This document shows, piece after piece, positions 25,381 through 37,732 of a stretch of DNA of 64,000 nucleotides (within the stretch, counting starts at the first letter, position 1; every line of letters starts with the position of its first letter). A program made the position numbers and the translations under genes. This DNA is from Lytechinus pictus (lineage: Eukaryota): NCBI RefSeq assembly GCF_037042905.1, contig NC_087250.1, forward strand, positions 25,670,001 to 25,734,000. Reading direction: 5' to 3'. The notes below the pieces were generated by a model. The model saw nothing but the letters and a program-made list of their open reading frames with translations, was not told the origin of the DNA and made no database searches.

Positions 25381-28371
25381 GCACAGTCGAATGGGACAAC
25401 ATGGCAATGACTTTTAGGAAATGTTAATTTCAATAGGTGTATTTTAAATGACTAATATTTTAAATCAATATCGTATGACCCGTATACCATTATCAAAAAA
25501 TTAAAAAATGCAGGCCTACTGCATGGTCCTTTCGGACCATATTTCATTGGTCAAAGTCAGGGGCGGATCCAGGATTTAAAAAAAAAGGTTTTCAACCATA
25601 AATTAAGAATATTTCGTACCCGCCAAAAAATTGACAAGCAAAAAAAAGAATAGGTCTTCAATTTCAAAAGGGAGTACATCCCGGGCTAAATCTCGGCTTC
25701 AATGGCATTTTTACATTACAAATTTTAATTTTCTTCTCAAGTGTGGGGGGACGTGCCCCCCTGGATCCGTGCCTCAGTTGTCGAAGTTAATATTCTACTG
25801 TCTCTGACTTCCTGTTATTTCTAAAAGTTATTTCTTTCTCTATCGTTCATTCAAACATGATAAACAATTGAAGGCAAAAATAATTGGAAATAATGAAGCC
25901 CACCAAGCTTTCATGATAAACTTTTTTTTCTTTTGTTAATGATACTGCAGATCAATTACCCCACATCCGCGAACATACAATACTTTTATAGATTTGAAAC
26001 CCTTTCTTTTGAAAATAAAGTTTTCTCTTCGAAACATCCCGATCACTTGCATTATCACAAAAATAACCCTTTTGAAGTTGAATCCCGTTTGTTAACTTTT
26101 GTCAAGAAGCCGCCTTTTCAATTTCAGGATACGTATTGAAAGCGATGCTTTTGATCTTTCTTTTGAAGCTCATTGAACCGATCGATCGACATGATCGAGC
26201 GAGCGGTCAGCTGTACACGAGTTTAAATGAATAGCCAATCAACAATGGCGTACGTTGCTAGGGGCGGAGCTTAGTATGAAGCGAAATTCGATCAAGTCGA
26301 GCGTGCCAAGTATCAGAAAATCTCGAACTGACCGAAAAAAACACTCGCAGAAAAACTGTTTTTTATCACTTTTCCGTCATCAAATTCACTCATTTTTTTC
26401 ACAGAGTATTTATGAAACATGGAAGAATCAGAAAATGAAAAAAAAAATCTTCAAACTTTTGACTTTTTTATTAGTTTGCCGAATTTCTAGGAATTTTGAT
26501 TTGCGACTTCTCTCTCATTTCGGTATGATCGATCACATATTACATATAATAAAATACAAAGGAAATAGTGAGTGGGTGACGTCATCAGTCTACCAATTGG
26601 CATACCGACCAGGATGTGCATCTAACTGTTTTGTGAAATTAAGCGAAATTTTAAAATGTCATAACTTTTTTTTTACATTCCGATTTTGATGAAATTGTTC
26701 AGTGTTTTACTAGTTATATTTTCTCCTTTTTTTCAAATAAACTTTTCGTTGGGGTAGACTTGTCCTTTAACGAGAGTCTCATCGATTGCAACCCTGAAAG
26801 GGAACATAGAATACTGAAAAAAATATTAATTTTTGTAGCAATTCATTTCGTTTCATTTAATTGAATTCTGCATATTTTTTATATAAAAATATTTTTAAAA
26901 AGCAATGAAAACAGTATATAATAAAAAATATTTGTGATTCAAAAGAGATAACCATGTTGTATGTATGACGTAACGATTTAACAACGTTGCATGTATTGCA
27001 ACTATTAGCTTAGCTTGACTGCCTGGCAATCCCTAACTAGAGTTACAAATCATATTCAATAATACTATCTTCATATATAAGAATGTCTGTACATGATATG
27101 GATGGGGGAGGCTAATGAGGGAGTAGCCCTCACCCAAAAAATAATAATAAATAAATAAATAAATAAATAAATCGACAGCTATTGAGATGAAAAATATTTG
27201 ATTCAGAAATCGTCATGACTGATACTTAGATTTAGCTTGTCTTCAAGTTCTTCTAGTGTATGTTTATCGAAATGTATCAATCGAATGAGTGATCTTCTTG
27301 CGCATACCTTTTCATCAATTGGACATAGAAAATTGATGCTTATAAATACTAATCAGTACATATATCACATTGTCATGCATGCAACGAACTACAAACACAT
27401 TTTGTCTGGGAGCATTCAATTCAGCCAGTTGCTTTCATCCTATAATTTTGTTTCCGATTTTGGCCGGTTTTTTTTTTGTTTTTAATACATCTTTGGCAAA
27501 ACAGCCGGTGTTCTGGAATACCTTTCTTTTACAATAATGGCGCAATTTTCGGGACTTCTGATGTAGTAGACTATAGCACGTTAAGTATTAACAAATCTTC
27601 GTAATAATTACAAACGACATTTCGACATCTTTTTCCAAAAATGTAACAGATTTACTGATATGCGCTCTGTGTGCGCCCCCATGCAGTGGCGTAAATACGG
27701 TGGGGGGGGGAACATGGGGGACACGTGCCCCCGCCCCACCCCCATCGGCTGGCAAAAAAAACGGGGAAAAGGAACGAGAAAGAGAAACGTAGTGGGAAAG
27801 AATAAATTATTGTTCATTATAATGTTACATTATAATCATGTAATGTTATATTACATTAGAAACATCTTTTTCATAACTTTATGAAACATGATTTGCTCAG
27901 GGCCTATGTGTTCATTTTACCTGGTGCTCGCATAGTCTAATTAACGAGATATATGATCCTGTTGTTCTAAATCTCCCGTTTTCAAGTCAGTATACACCAA
28001 ATATATTTCCTCGCACTTCGAGTTATTATTGTTTTATGTTATGTAGTGACATGTGCTTCTATTTCATGACTACTTAAAGCGATTGCCCAATTTTAAGGTC
28101 GTAATATAAAACATTTCATTTCTGTGCTTACGTTCGCATTAGTGGATTGGTAAGATATGTCTGCTCATTATAAATTACTAAAATCAGTTCTTAAAATGTC
28201 CCCTTTTCTGATCTGAATATCAAAAAATTTTCAGCTCGCGCTTCGCGCTCGCATCATTTGGTTAGTGATATACGTATGGTCGAGGTGTATTCCTACAAAC
28301 AAGCCTTAGAATGCCCCTCTTTAGGTCTGAATTTCCAGCATTTTCAGCTCGCGTTTCGCGCTCGCAATATT

Positions 28372-28762
28372 CAATACAAAATTCAATTCAAAATTTATTT
28401 CAATCAATGGGAGCTCCTAGAAGTTTTCATTAAAAAAAAACTTGTGGGTGGGGCACCACCATGGTACAATCAAATACAAATTAATATAATACATACATGT
28501 ACATAAAGAGTGAACAACAAATAACATTGAAATACAATTAAAAAAAAAAAGAAACAATGGCCTAACATAGGGGAAATAAACAAACAAACAAGCAAACTAG
28601 AAGTAATAATTATAAATCATAGTGTCCTACAGTGTGCTACTGGCAGGAGTTTTTATACTGAGCAAAAAATATACTTTAAAGAGTTTTATAAATTTATTTA
28701 GGGTTTTACTTTGTTTGGTATCATTATTTAAATCATTCCACAGCTTAATTCCTCTTTGATTA
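28372..28762 (-). mobile_element. 5'-truncated L2/CR1-group LINE 3' end
   Basis: The minus strand encodes RGIKLWNDLNNDTKQSKTLNKF (typical C-terminal G.KLWN.L motif), followed by a 3'UTR, AATAAA and a TTGAA-like tail. Confidence 0.6.
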
Positions 28763-29031
28763 GTCAATATCATAATTATGATTACAATGACTACAAAAAG
28801 TGCTTCATGTGTTTAGATCTAATTCGAACAAAATCAGCAAGCACTTGGCACTCGTATTAGATGCCTATGGTGATATATAAATATGAATATATATATATAT
28901 ATATGTTTATAAATATAAATAAAAGAAGAGGGCCCTTTGCACAACTTGTATTGCAGCGCGTCATGTTCTGTGTACAGGCGTAAATAATTCAAGCATTGGC
29001 CTTCAAGCTTGGCCTATATAAATATAAATAA

Positions 29032-29062
<31 letters not shown>

Positions 29063-29070
<8 letters not shown>

Positions 29071-31706
29071 AACAGGCATCCACTCTTTAACATGACTACT
29101 GTGTCTGGTACCAAATACTTAGGCGAACAAATTACAAGACGATTTGACGTAGCTGGAAGACCATAATTTAATCGAGCTTTCGGCCTTAGGCCTTCTTCAT
29201 GGGTTCTATAAACAAAAACGAACGAAACATAATCAATAGTACAAAGGGAGGAACAGATGGACATATAATACTGATATAATAACATATGTAACATAATCAA
29301 TAGTACAGAGGGAGAAACAGATGGACATATGGACATATAATACTGATATAATAACATATGTAACAATGACGTCGTAAGTATACAATATATGCAAATACAT
29401 ACATATACAAAATACATGCACATAAACATCTACATATATACATACATACATATGTACATATACACATACATACACATATGATGTACTAACATGACGAATA
29501 TATACAAATAAATATGTATGTATCTAATGTTGGGTAATTTTACCTGGGTCGTTGGGGTCTTTCGGGCTGACTCGGAGGTGTGTACTGTCGTGCGTTCGGT
29601 TTCCGGTGTGATATAGAATTTGCGTGACTTAAGTTCATTCAATTGAAACGGTAAAGGTATAGGTCATTACACACTACATTGTTATCATGCCGGTAAATTC
29701 AAGAGGTTACATTATAAAGACTAGTTATAATTTATACAGGTAAATGACCAGATACGATTATAAAATGTAATGCATTTTGAAATATGTATGTTCACAAAAT
29801 ATATATATATGTTCATAATATATATATATATATATATGTTCACAAAAAGGAAATATATATATCGATGATAACAATCTGACAATGTCTTGTCATTATCGTA
29901 TAACAAATAGGTTTGGTGCGAATCAAAGGATAACTTAGTATCGTAAATAGTATAAGTCGTAAATTGGGAGAGGACTTCTCTATTCCTCAACATTTATGCC
30001 GTGCGGGTGAAGCGTTTTGGGTTTATGTATCCAGAATGATTCTCTATGGAGGATAGTGTTGTGTGACTCGTCGTTGATGAGTTCGATACCGGTTATCATT
30101 GCATTTTCTACTGAGTGGTTTGGGAGATTGAAGTGTGTTGTGTACGGCAATGTTTTGTGTTGTGGGGTGTGGTAGTTTCTTATTTCTGATCGAGTGTTGT
30201 TGAAGCGTGTGTATATTGTTGTTTCTGTTTTCCTACATATTATTTACCACACTGTGAACATGTGATGAGGTATATCACCCAGCGGGATTTGCAGTTTATG
30301 TTGGATCTTATGGTATATTCTTGTCCTGTGACTGTGCTCCTGAATTATTTTGTCTCTATGATATGTTTGTGGAGAACACATCTGGGCGATAGGCATTTGA
30401 AAAACCCGACAGTAGAGGTTTCATGGGCTTGTTGGGTGAGCTGGGATGGGTCTCGTGCCCGTACTAGTAAATCTTTAAGAGTGCGTCCTCGACGGAAGGA
30501 TGTTGTAGGGGGTTGAGGGAATATATCTTTCATCTTGTTTGACTGGTGTAGAATGGGAAGGTGTTTGTGTAGATTTCGGGGGATGGAGGCAGTAGGTGGG
30601 GAGTATGTAATTGGGAAGAAGATCTTGGTTGGGTCAGATGTGTTGGGGGTCTGTATTGAAGACCTGGGTTTATCAGCGGCCCGTTCAATTTGTTGTCTTA
30701 CCATGTGTTTATCATAATTCCTATCCATGAAGTGATGTTCCAGTTGTTGCATGTGGTGTTCTGTCCTTGTGTTGTCCGAGCATATTCTTCTTACGCGTAA
30801 CGCCTGGCTGTATGTGATGCATTTGAATGTGTGTTTTGGATGGCATGATGATTGGAGCAGATATGTGTGGGTGTCAGTGGGTTTTGTGAATAGTTCGGTG
30901 TGTATTTGTGCATCAGAGAGTAGTAAGGAGACGTCCAGAAAGTGTGCATTGTGGTTTGAGGATTCAAATGTGAATTTGATCGTCGGGTGGAAAGTGTTCA
31001 TTGTGGTTTGTAGTTTATTGAGAGTTCTTGGTGATCCTGACCAGAGAAAGAAAATATCATCTTTGTATCGTTTCCAGGATGTTTTAAGTGTAGTGCTGTG
31101 AGAGTTTGATGTTATTTGTTGTTCAAGTTTGCCCAAGAAGATAATGGCGTATGTAGGGGCAACAGGTGTGCCCATTGCCGTCCCTCCTATTTGAATGTAG
31201 TGTGTGTCATTGAATTTGAAATTATTAAGGGTAAGTATTAGCTCGAGCAGTCTAATGAGTTGGTTTGTTGGGGGATGTTGTTATTTCCTTTTGTCAAGGG
31301 CTTCCTTACACGCTAGTATACCTTCTTTATGTGGAATATTGGTATATAGGGATTTTACGTCTGCGATTACTAGGATCGTTCTGGGACTGATTTGGGATTC
31401 TCTGTTGATGGTAGATACGTGATTGAGGAAGTGGGTGGTATCTTTGAGGTATGATGGTAGTTGTTCTACGAAGGGTCTGAGATAAAAATCGACAAGTCTA
31501 GATATTTGTGCAGTGGGGCATGAACACCCAGATACAATAGGGCGCCCGGGATTGCCCGGTTTGTGAATTTTAGGAAGGAAATAAAGGTTGGGACATGTAG
31601 CATCCTTTGGGGTTAGGACTTTCTTTGTTTGGGTATCTGTTTCCAAGTTTTTAACTGCCCTTTTAACCTGTTCTATATGATTGGGAGTGGGGTCTTCATC
31701 AAGCCT
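29063..31706 (-). mobile_element. 5'-truncated Penelope-like element, Neptune type (RT + Cys linker + GIY-YIG), with nonsense mutations
   Basis: LDEDPT, LYFLPKIHKPGNPGRPIVS, DVKSLYTNI, MGTPVAP, RYKDDIF, FLDV, KPTD, then GIY-YIG ending at 29980. Premature TAA at 31281, 30345 and ~30242. The 3'UTR ends in (TA)n. Confidence 0.92.
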
Positions 31707-31811
31707 ATGTGATTGGGAGTGGGGTCTTCATCAGGCTTGATGAAGACCCACTCCCAATCACATAGAACAGGTTAAAAGGGCAGTTAAAAACTTCTACACC
31801 AGTCAAACAAG

Positions 31812-32366
31812 ATGAAAGATATATTCCCTCAACCCCCTACAACATCCTTCCGTCGAGGACGCACTCTTAAAGATTTACTAGTACGGGCACGAGACCCATC
31901 CCAGCTCACCCAACAAGCCCATGAAACCTATACTGTCGGGTTTTTCAAATGCCTATCGCCCAGATGTGTTCTCCACAAACATATCATAGAGACAAAACAA
32001 TTCAGGAGCACAGGCACAGGACAAGAATATACCATAAGATCCAACATAAACTGCAAATCCCGCTGGGTGATATACCTCATCACATGTTCACAGTGTGGTA
32101 AACAATATGTAGGAAAAACAGAAACAACAATATACACACGCTTCAACAACACTCGATCAGAAATAAGAAACTACCACACCCCACAACACAAAACATTGCC
32201 GTACACAACACACTTCAATCTCCCAAACCACTCAGTAGAAAATGCAATGATAACCGGTATCGAACTCATCAACAACGAGTCACACAACACTATCCTCCAT
32301 AGAGAATCATTCTGGATACATAAACTCAAAACGCTTCACCCGCACGGCATAAATGTTGAGGAATAG
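31812..32366 (+). pseudogene. Open fragment encoding the PLE Cys-rich linker and GIY-YIG endonuclease
   Basis: KCLSPRCVLHKH, CKSRWVIYLITCSQCGKQYVGKT, RFNN, RESFWIHKLKTLHPHGIN. Confidence 0.85.
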
Positions 32367-32502
32367 AGAAGTCCTCTCCCAATTTACGACTTATACTATT
32401 TACGATACTAAGTTATCCTTTGATTCGCATCGAACCTATTTGTTATACGATAATGACAAGACATTGTTATCATCGATATATACTGTATATTTCTTTTTTG
32501 TG

Positions 32503-32557
<55 letters not shown>

Positions 32558-33175
32558 TATGAACATATATATTTTTTTTTTTAACATACATATTTCAAAA
32601 TGCATTACAATTTATAATCGTATCTGGTCATTTACCTGTATAAATTATAACTAGTCTTTATAATGTAACCTCTTGAATTTACCGGCATGATAACAATGTA
32701 GTGTTTAATGACCTATACCTTTACCGTTTCAATTGAATGAACTTAAGTCACGCAAATTCTATATCACACCGGAAACCGAACGCACGACACTACACACCTC
32801 CGAGTCAGCCCGAAAGACCCCAAATACCCAGGTAAAATTACCCCACATTAGATACATACATATTTATTTGTATATATTCGTCATGTTTGTACATCATATG
32901 TGTATGTATGTGTATATGTACATATGTATGTATATATATATATATATATATGTAGATGTTTATGTGCATGTATTTTGTATATGTATGTATTTGCATATAT
33001 TGTATACGTACGACGTCATTGTTACATATGTTATTATATCAGTATTATGTGTCCATATATCCATCTGTTCCTCCCTCTGTACTATTGATTATGTTACATA
33101 TGTTATTATATCAGTATTATATGTCCATCTGTTCCTCCCTTTGTACTATTGATTATGTTTCGTTCGTTTTTGTTT

Positions 33176-33230
33176 ATAGAACCCATGAAGAAGGCCTAAG
33201 GCCGAAAGCTCGATTAAATTGTGGTCTTCC
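33176..33230 (+). ncRNA. Minimal hammerhead-ribozyme-like motif at the PLE 3' end (second copy on the minus strand at ~29155-29209)
   Basis: ATGAAGA-A-GGCC-TAA-GGCC-GAAA-GCTC gives stem II and a palindromic AGCT stem III. The core has A where C3 is canonical and stem I is weak. Confidence 0.5.
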
Positions 33231-33261
33231 AGCTACGTCAAATCGTCATGTAATTTGTTCG

Positions 33262-33337
<76 letters not shown>

Positions 33338-34327
33338 CTCTTAATGGATTCCTTAAAAATAGTCCTTAAAATGTCCATGGTTGGGGTCAATATATACAAA
33401 AAAATTTAGCTCGCGCTTCGCGCTTGCATCATTTCGTTAGTAAAATACGTATGATCTTTTCAAGTTCCTACAAACAAGCATTAAAATTGCCTTTTTCAGG
33501 TCCGAATTTCCAAAATTTTCAGCTCGCGCTTTGCGCTCGCAAGCGATTATGACTGTTGATCATGATTACAATGACTACAAATGTTTCATGTGTTAAGATG
33601 TAATTATAACAAAATGAGCAAGCGCCTGGCACTCGCATTAGATGACCATGGCGAGATATGTATACTCTGAATGGATTCCAAAAATATAGTCCTTAAAATG
33701 TCCCTGTCTGGGATCAATATGTGCAACAATTTCAGCTCGCGCTTCGCGCTCGCATTGTTTGTTTTGCGAGACAGGTACGTATCATGATTTTAAAGAATTT
33801 CTCAAAATGTCCATTTTAAGGTCTGAATTAAAAAAAATTTATCAAAGTGATACATAGCCGTTTAATGGCACTGTCCTTAAAATGTATTTATTAGGTCAGT
33901 AGGCCTATACCTGGCAACTGAGCGCGCGAAAAGCGCGCTCACTGAAGTGACACAAAATATTCGCTGGTGCCCCCCCCCAAAAAAAAAATTAAAAAATAAA
34001 AAATAAAACCGTGACCCACGTTACGCCACTGCCTCCATGTATTACACCACCCCGACATTCTGTATTATAAATGCAACAAGTCTTGATACAAACAATGCAT
34101 TCATCTAATTACTTTCCACACGGGCCAATTCATTTTTTTTTAAAGAATTTTAGCACGTTTTAATTTTGTTCAACTTGTAATATTGTTTTACTTCATGTTA
34201 AATACAACTAAAACGTCTACTTATCTTGAGTCACCAATTGTCCCCTCCCTATGTTATGTATTATGTTTCTCCATGAGTCAGATAGCAAGTGGTTGAACTA
34301 ATTTTGGCCCCTTGTTTATTATTCCAG

Positions 34328-35895
34328 ATATCTACAGTGAGAAGATTTCGCAGTCTCTGACTGTTCGAAAATGTCGCACAATCTTGGAGGACAAATATTC
34401 GAACCAGCTATGTAAAATTCAAATGAAACCTTGGGATAGAGATGATTATGCAGAGTTTGAAGATATGCACACCGTTGTTACCATGGTAAAGAAGGACGCT
34501 AATGGGAGAGATATTAAGGAAAAACAAATACTTCAAGGCTCTGTTGGGAAAATATTTTCAGCCAAAGTAAATGGAAAGTTTCCATCTCGAATCCTTATTT
34601 CGGCTCCGGCTGGACGAGGAAAGACGACAGCTGTTGCTAAGATGGCACACGACTGGGTTCACAGAGAGGAAGGGTCAGGATTAGAAGATTTGCCACTTCT
34701 GTTCGTTGTCAAGTTTCGAAACACAAGTCACAGTACATCGATTGGAGAAGCCATAATATCACAACTCCTGAGTGATGTTGACGATCTGACGCCAGAGGGG
34801 CTAGAAAGTTTCATCAGACAACATCAGGGAATGTGTCACATTGTACTAGATGGTCTTGATGAGTATGCTGGTATCTATTCCTCAAGTAATATCATGAGCA
34901 TTCTCCGCTGGGAAATGTTTCCACAATGTCGAGTTATTGTAACAACACGACCTCACCTAGAAGACATGTTCAGTCAAGGGGGTCTTCCAAGGGTATACAC
35001 GAAGATGGAGATCGAAGGATTCTCTAAGGAGAGCTCATGTGATTACATTGACAGGTTCTTTACTTCATTTCCGGACACTTTAACAGGAAATGGTCTGAAA
35101 TGTTACCTCGATGAACAACCAATTATTGAGGAACTAGTCAAAACACCACTATTTTGCCTCATGGTTTGTCACTTATGGTCTAAAGATCTACTTAGCAGTG
35201 AGACTTCAACCCAGACAGCAATACTAGACAAAGTAAACGTGTTTTTGATGCACCACGCAAATGAACGAACCGATGGGTTGTTCACGTCTGAAACCCTAGA
35301 CAAAATTATCCACAAACTGGGTAAAGTTGCCCTCACTGGTTTGCTTAATGATTCTAAGAAGCTAGTATTTACCCCTCGTGATTTTCAGAAGATTTCCTCT
35401 GCCCTTGATACGGCTTGTGAGCTAGGGATAGTATCTAAGACAACTATATCAAACGCTCGCCTTCCTCGAACTAACAAAACAAAATCTACTACTATAGAAT
35501 TTTATCACAAACTTGCCCAAGAACACGCAGCCGGAAAGTTCCTCGCTGATAAAACAAGCCATTTGCAGCTGAATTGGAAGATCTCTAAGTTAGACCGAGT
35601 GCTTCGAAAGATTGAAAGAAACATTGGTGAATATGTAAATCTTGTTCGTTTTGCTGCTGGCACAAAGAACGGCCTCTGCATTCGAATAATGGAGACGCTT
35701 CTGACAAATAAATATTTATCTGAGAGTGAGCGTTATCGTATTCTCTTAGATTGTTCGTCCGAGTCAGGGGTTAGCGATGGGAATGTGTCATCACTGGTGC
35801 GAAGGTGTGTGACGTCACAAAGTATTCTTTTGAAGTCACCAACAATCTACACTGTTGTTGGTATGCGAAATCTTCCAAGTGAACTGAAACAGAAG
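34328..35895 (+). CDS. NLR coding exon 3: NACHT NTPase with helical and winged-helix domains
   Basis: Walker A APAGRGKTT, Walker B IVLDGLDEY, sensor-1 VIVTTRP, KTPLF and WHD FYHKLAQEH. Acceptor TTCCAG| phase 1; donor AAG|GTATTC phase 0. Confidence 0.95.
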
Positions 35896-36321
35896 GTATT
35901 CTAATGTCAGATCAATAATTTCTAGAGAAATAGGATGATGTTATACTTCATACAGGTCTATTTTTATACCATTAATAGTCTAATGTTAACCGAATTAATC
36001 ATTTCATATTGAAAACGATCCAGCAGTAGCATAAAGTAGCATTCAATTAATGCATGGGGAAAGATCCTGCAATGAAACATTATGGAAACAGAGTGAAAAT
36101 GACAAGTAAAAAAATAGGTATTTAAATATCCGTTTTACGTACTGACTTTGTGTTTATTGTAGGACATTGTCCTATGATATAATAAATAAATATATGGTAC
36201 TCCATGTTCCAAACAGTTAAAACAATAGGTGTTAATTGTGGCATCTAAAACCAGTAATAATAGATATTCTTCTGTGTCTCCGTTCTCTACTTACCATTCA
36301 CCCTTTCATGTTTCTTTACAG

Positions 36322-36827
36322 GTTCTTAGTGTGAAAATCGAGCATTCTGTTCTGACAACCGTTGTGACAGAGGGACTATGGAGATGCCTTAAATCATTTA
36401 CGATGCTAAGTTCTCTCACCATCTCAGACTCATCTATCGATTTCCCTCCATCTCCTCCTGAGCTAACATCCATCAGAAGTTTATCAGTTGAGAAAGTGAC
36501 GTCACAATGCTTGAAAAGTTTAATTTCATCGCTCCCTGGTTCGACAGACATGTATATATATGATGCAGAGGGGGATATAGCCCAGATCACATCTGCTCTG
36601 GGAGGACAGAAGTTCGAACGAATAATCATTCGCGACACTCCGTCATCATTCCCGTCACGGAAGAGTCCTTTCTGGAGTGAGACAGTGAGGGGTCCGAGGC
36701 TGCTAATCGACACAGATGACACGGACTGTTTTATATTGCACAGCGCTAAACATTCGGAAGACAAAGGTCCTGTTGAAGTCCTCGAGTCGTTTGCATTTTT
36801 GGCATCATTGGCTAAACTGAAATTAGA
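36322..36827 (+). CDS. NLR coding exon 4: divergent LRR-like module A
   Basis: TTTCTTTACAG| phase 0; LxxLxL-like repeats (LSSLTIS, IRSLSVE); donor GA|GTGAGT phase 2; paralogous to exon 6. Confidence 0.85.
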
Positions 36828-37497
36828 GTGAGTTGTTATCTTTAGGCAATACAACATAATTTTTTGTACATGGTTGCGCTCATAGGTAAACGTGGGATAC
36901 GATTAAAATTTAATCAGCTACAAAGATTAGGGAAATTAAATCCACCACAATTCTATCAATACAAGATGTACAGTTTATGAAAAGTTGTGTGCCTTTCTTA
37001 AAATTGCTTTTCCCCCTACTCGCAATCAATAATCATTTCCATTTGAATTTGCAACTGCGTCCACAATTTTCAAATGAACGATTTGTTTTCTGTTTTATTA
37101 CATATTGATGACGTTATGAAAATTGTAATTTTCTTTAGTACTAACTTACATAACGTATTGCAAGAAAAAAAAAACGTGGACCTTACAAGGTAAAAAACGA
37201 ATTCTGTATCATACTGCATTATCATGACGATTGAATCATTTGACCACAGGGTTTTATTACTTTACCGAAGTATATGAATTGGAGGCCTAACTGGCCATTT
37301 CCCCTTGATATACATGCTAGGGATCTATTAAAAGGGTAATCCATTGACATGGTAGATTTCTATTAGACATTTTTTGTTAACAAAATTAAAACGGATTTAG
37401 AGATCATAAGGCCATCGATATGTTTCCGACAACACGTTTTTTTTATTTTTCCATCAAAATGATATGTCATAATATGGCATTTTCCTCTATTATATAG

Positions 37498-37546
37498 ATT
37501 CCGTAACGGTTGGTCTTTCAACTTCGAAATGACGTTTGGGGTAAAG
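37498..37546 (+). CDS. NLR coding exon 5: 49-nt linker (EFRNGWSFNFEMTFGVK)
   Basis: TTTTCCTCTATTATATAG| acceptor and AAG|GTGAGC donor. Phase 2-0 is exactly what is needed to join exons 4 and 6. Confidence 0.75.
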
Positions 37547-37732
37547 GTGAGCATTGATTGTTTCGAAGTGTTTTGATATGTTTAATGTGCTTCGCATTAC
37601 CACTAAACGATCATTGAAAACAATCGAACGTATGATCCCTTTATTAGGAAAAGTGTTTAAACGCAATTATTAGCCCCCTGTTCGCATGCAGGTTCTTATT
37701 CAAAGTACTATATTTTTAAATACAATAACTAA

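Larger units (their letters stand above)
16945..26536. mobile_element. Unclassified DNA-transposon-like element with ~35 bp imperfect TIRs (about 4.3 kb without the DIRS insert)
   Basis: Left ATAT|GTGACTCGTCACACCGAAATGAGAGACAAGTCG; the right end reverse-complements to ATAT|GTGATCGATCATACCGAAATGAGAGAGAAGTCG. It interrupts a MITE cleanly. No transposase ORF was recognised. Confidence 0.7.
16568..26766. mobile_element. TTAA-flanked Kolobok-like MITE split by a 9.6 kb insertion (halves 16568-16940 and 26541-26766)
   Basis: TTAA|AGGTGAAGTCCAGCCCAG ... TGGGGTAGACTTGTCCT|TTAA. The joined halves match the inverted family copy at 62108-63085. Confidence 0.8.
31792..33265 (+). mobile_element. Inverted copy of the 3' part of the same Penelope-like element
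   Basis: Reverse complement of 29120-30553 with few substitutions; ends in (TA)n. Confidence 0.92.
27684..34031. mobile_element. Non-autonomous hAT-type element with internal subrepeats, host of the Penelope-like insertion
   Basis: TIRs CAGTGGCGTA / TACGCCACTG with an 8 bp TSD CCCCCATG (27676-27683) / CCTCCATG (34032-34039). The subunit TTTCAGCTCGCGCTTCGCGCTCGC recurs. Confidence 0.8.

Noticed and set aside
31734..31760. TTGATGAAG at the PLE junction as a hammerhead core
   Set aside because: It is coding sequence (LDEDPT motif) with no GAAA or stem II partner.
29120..33265. Inverted PLE arms as an assembly artefact
   Set aside because: The arms differ by substitutions (TAA vs CAA codons) and microsatellite lengths, and the host element is continuous across them. 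Reads are still needed for proof.
36306..36857. 183 aa minus-strand ORF
   Set aside because: It is the antisense shadow of NLR exon 4 and has no domain features.
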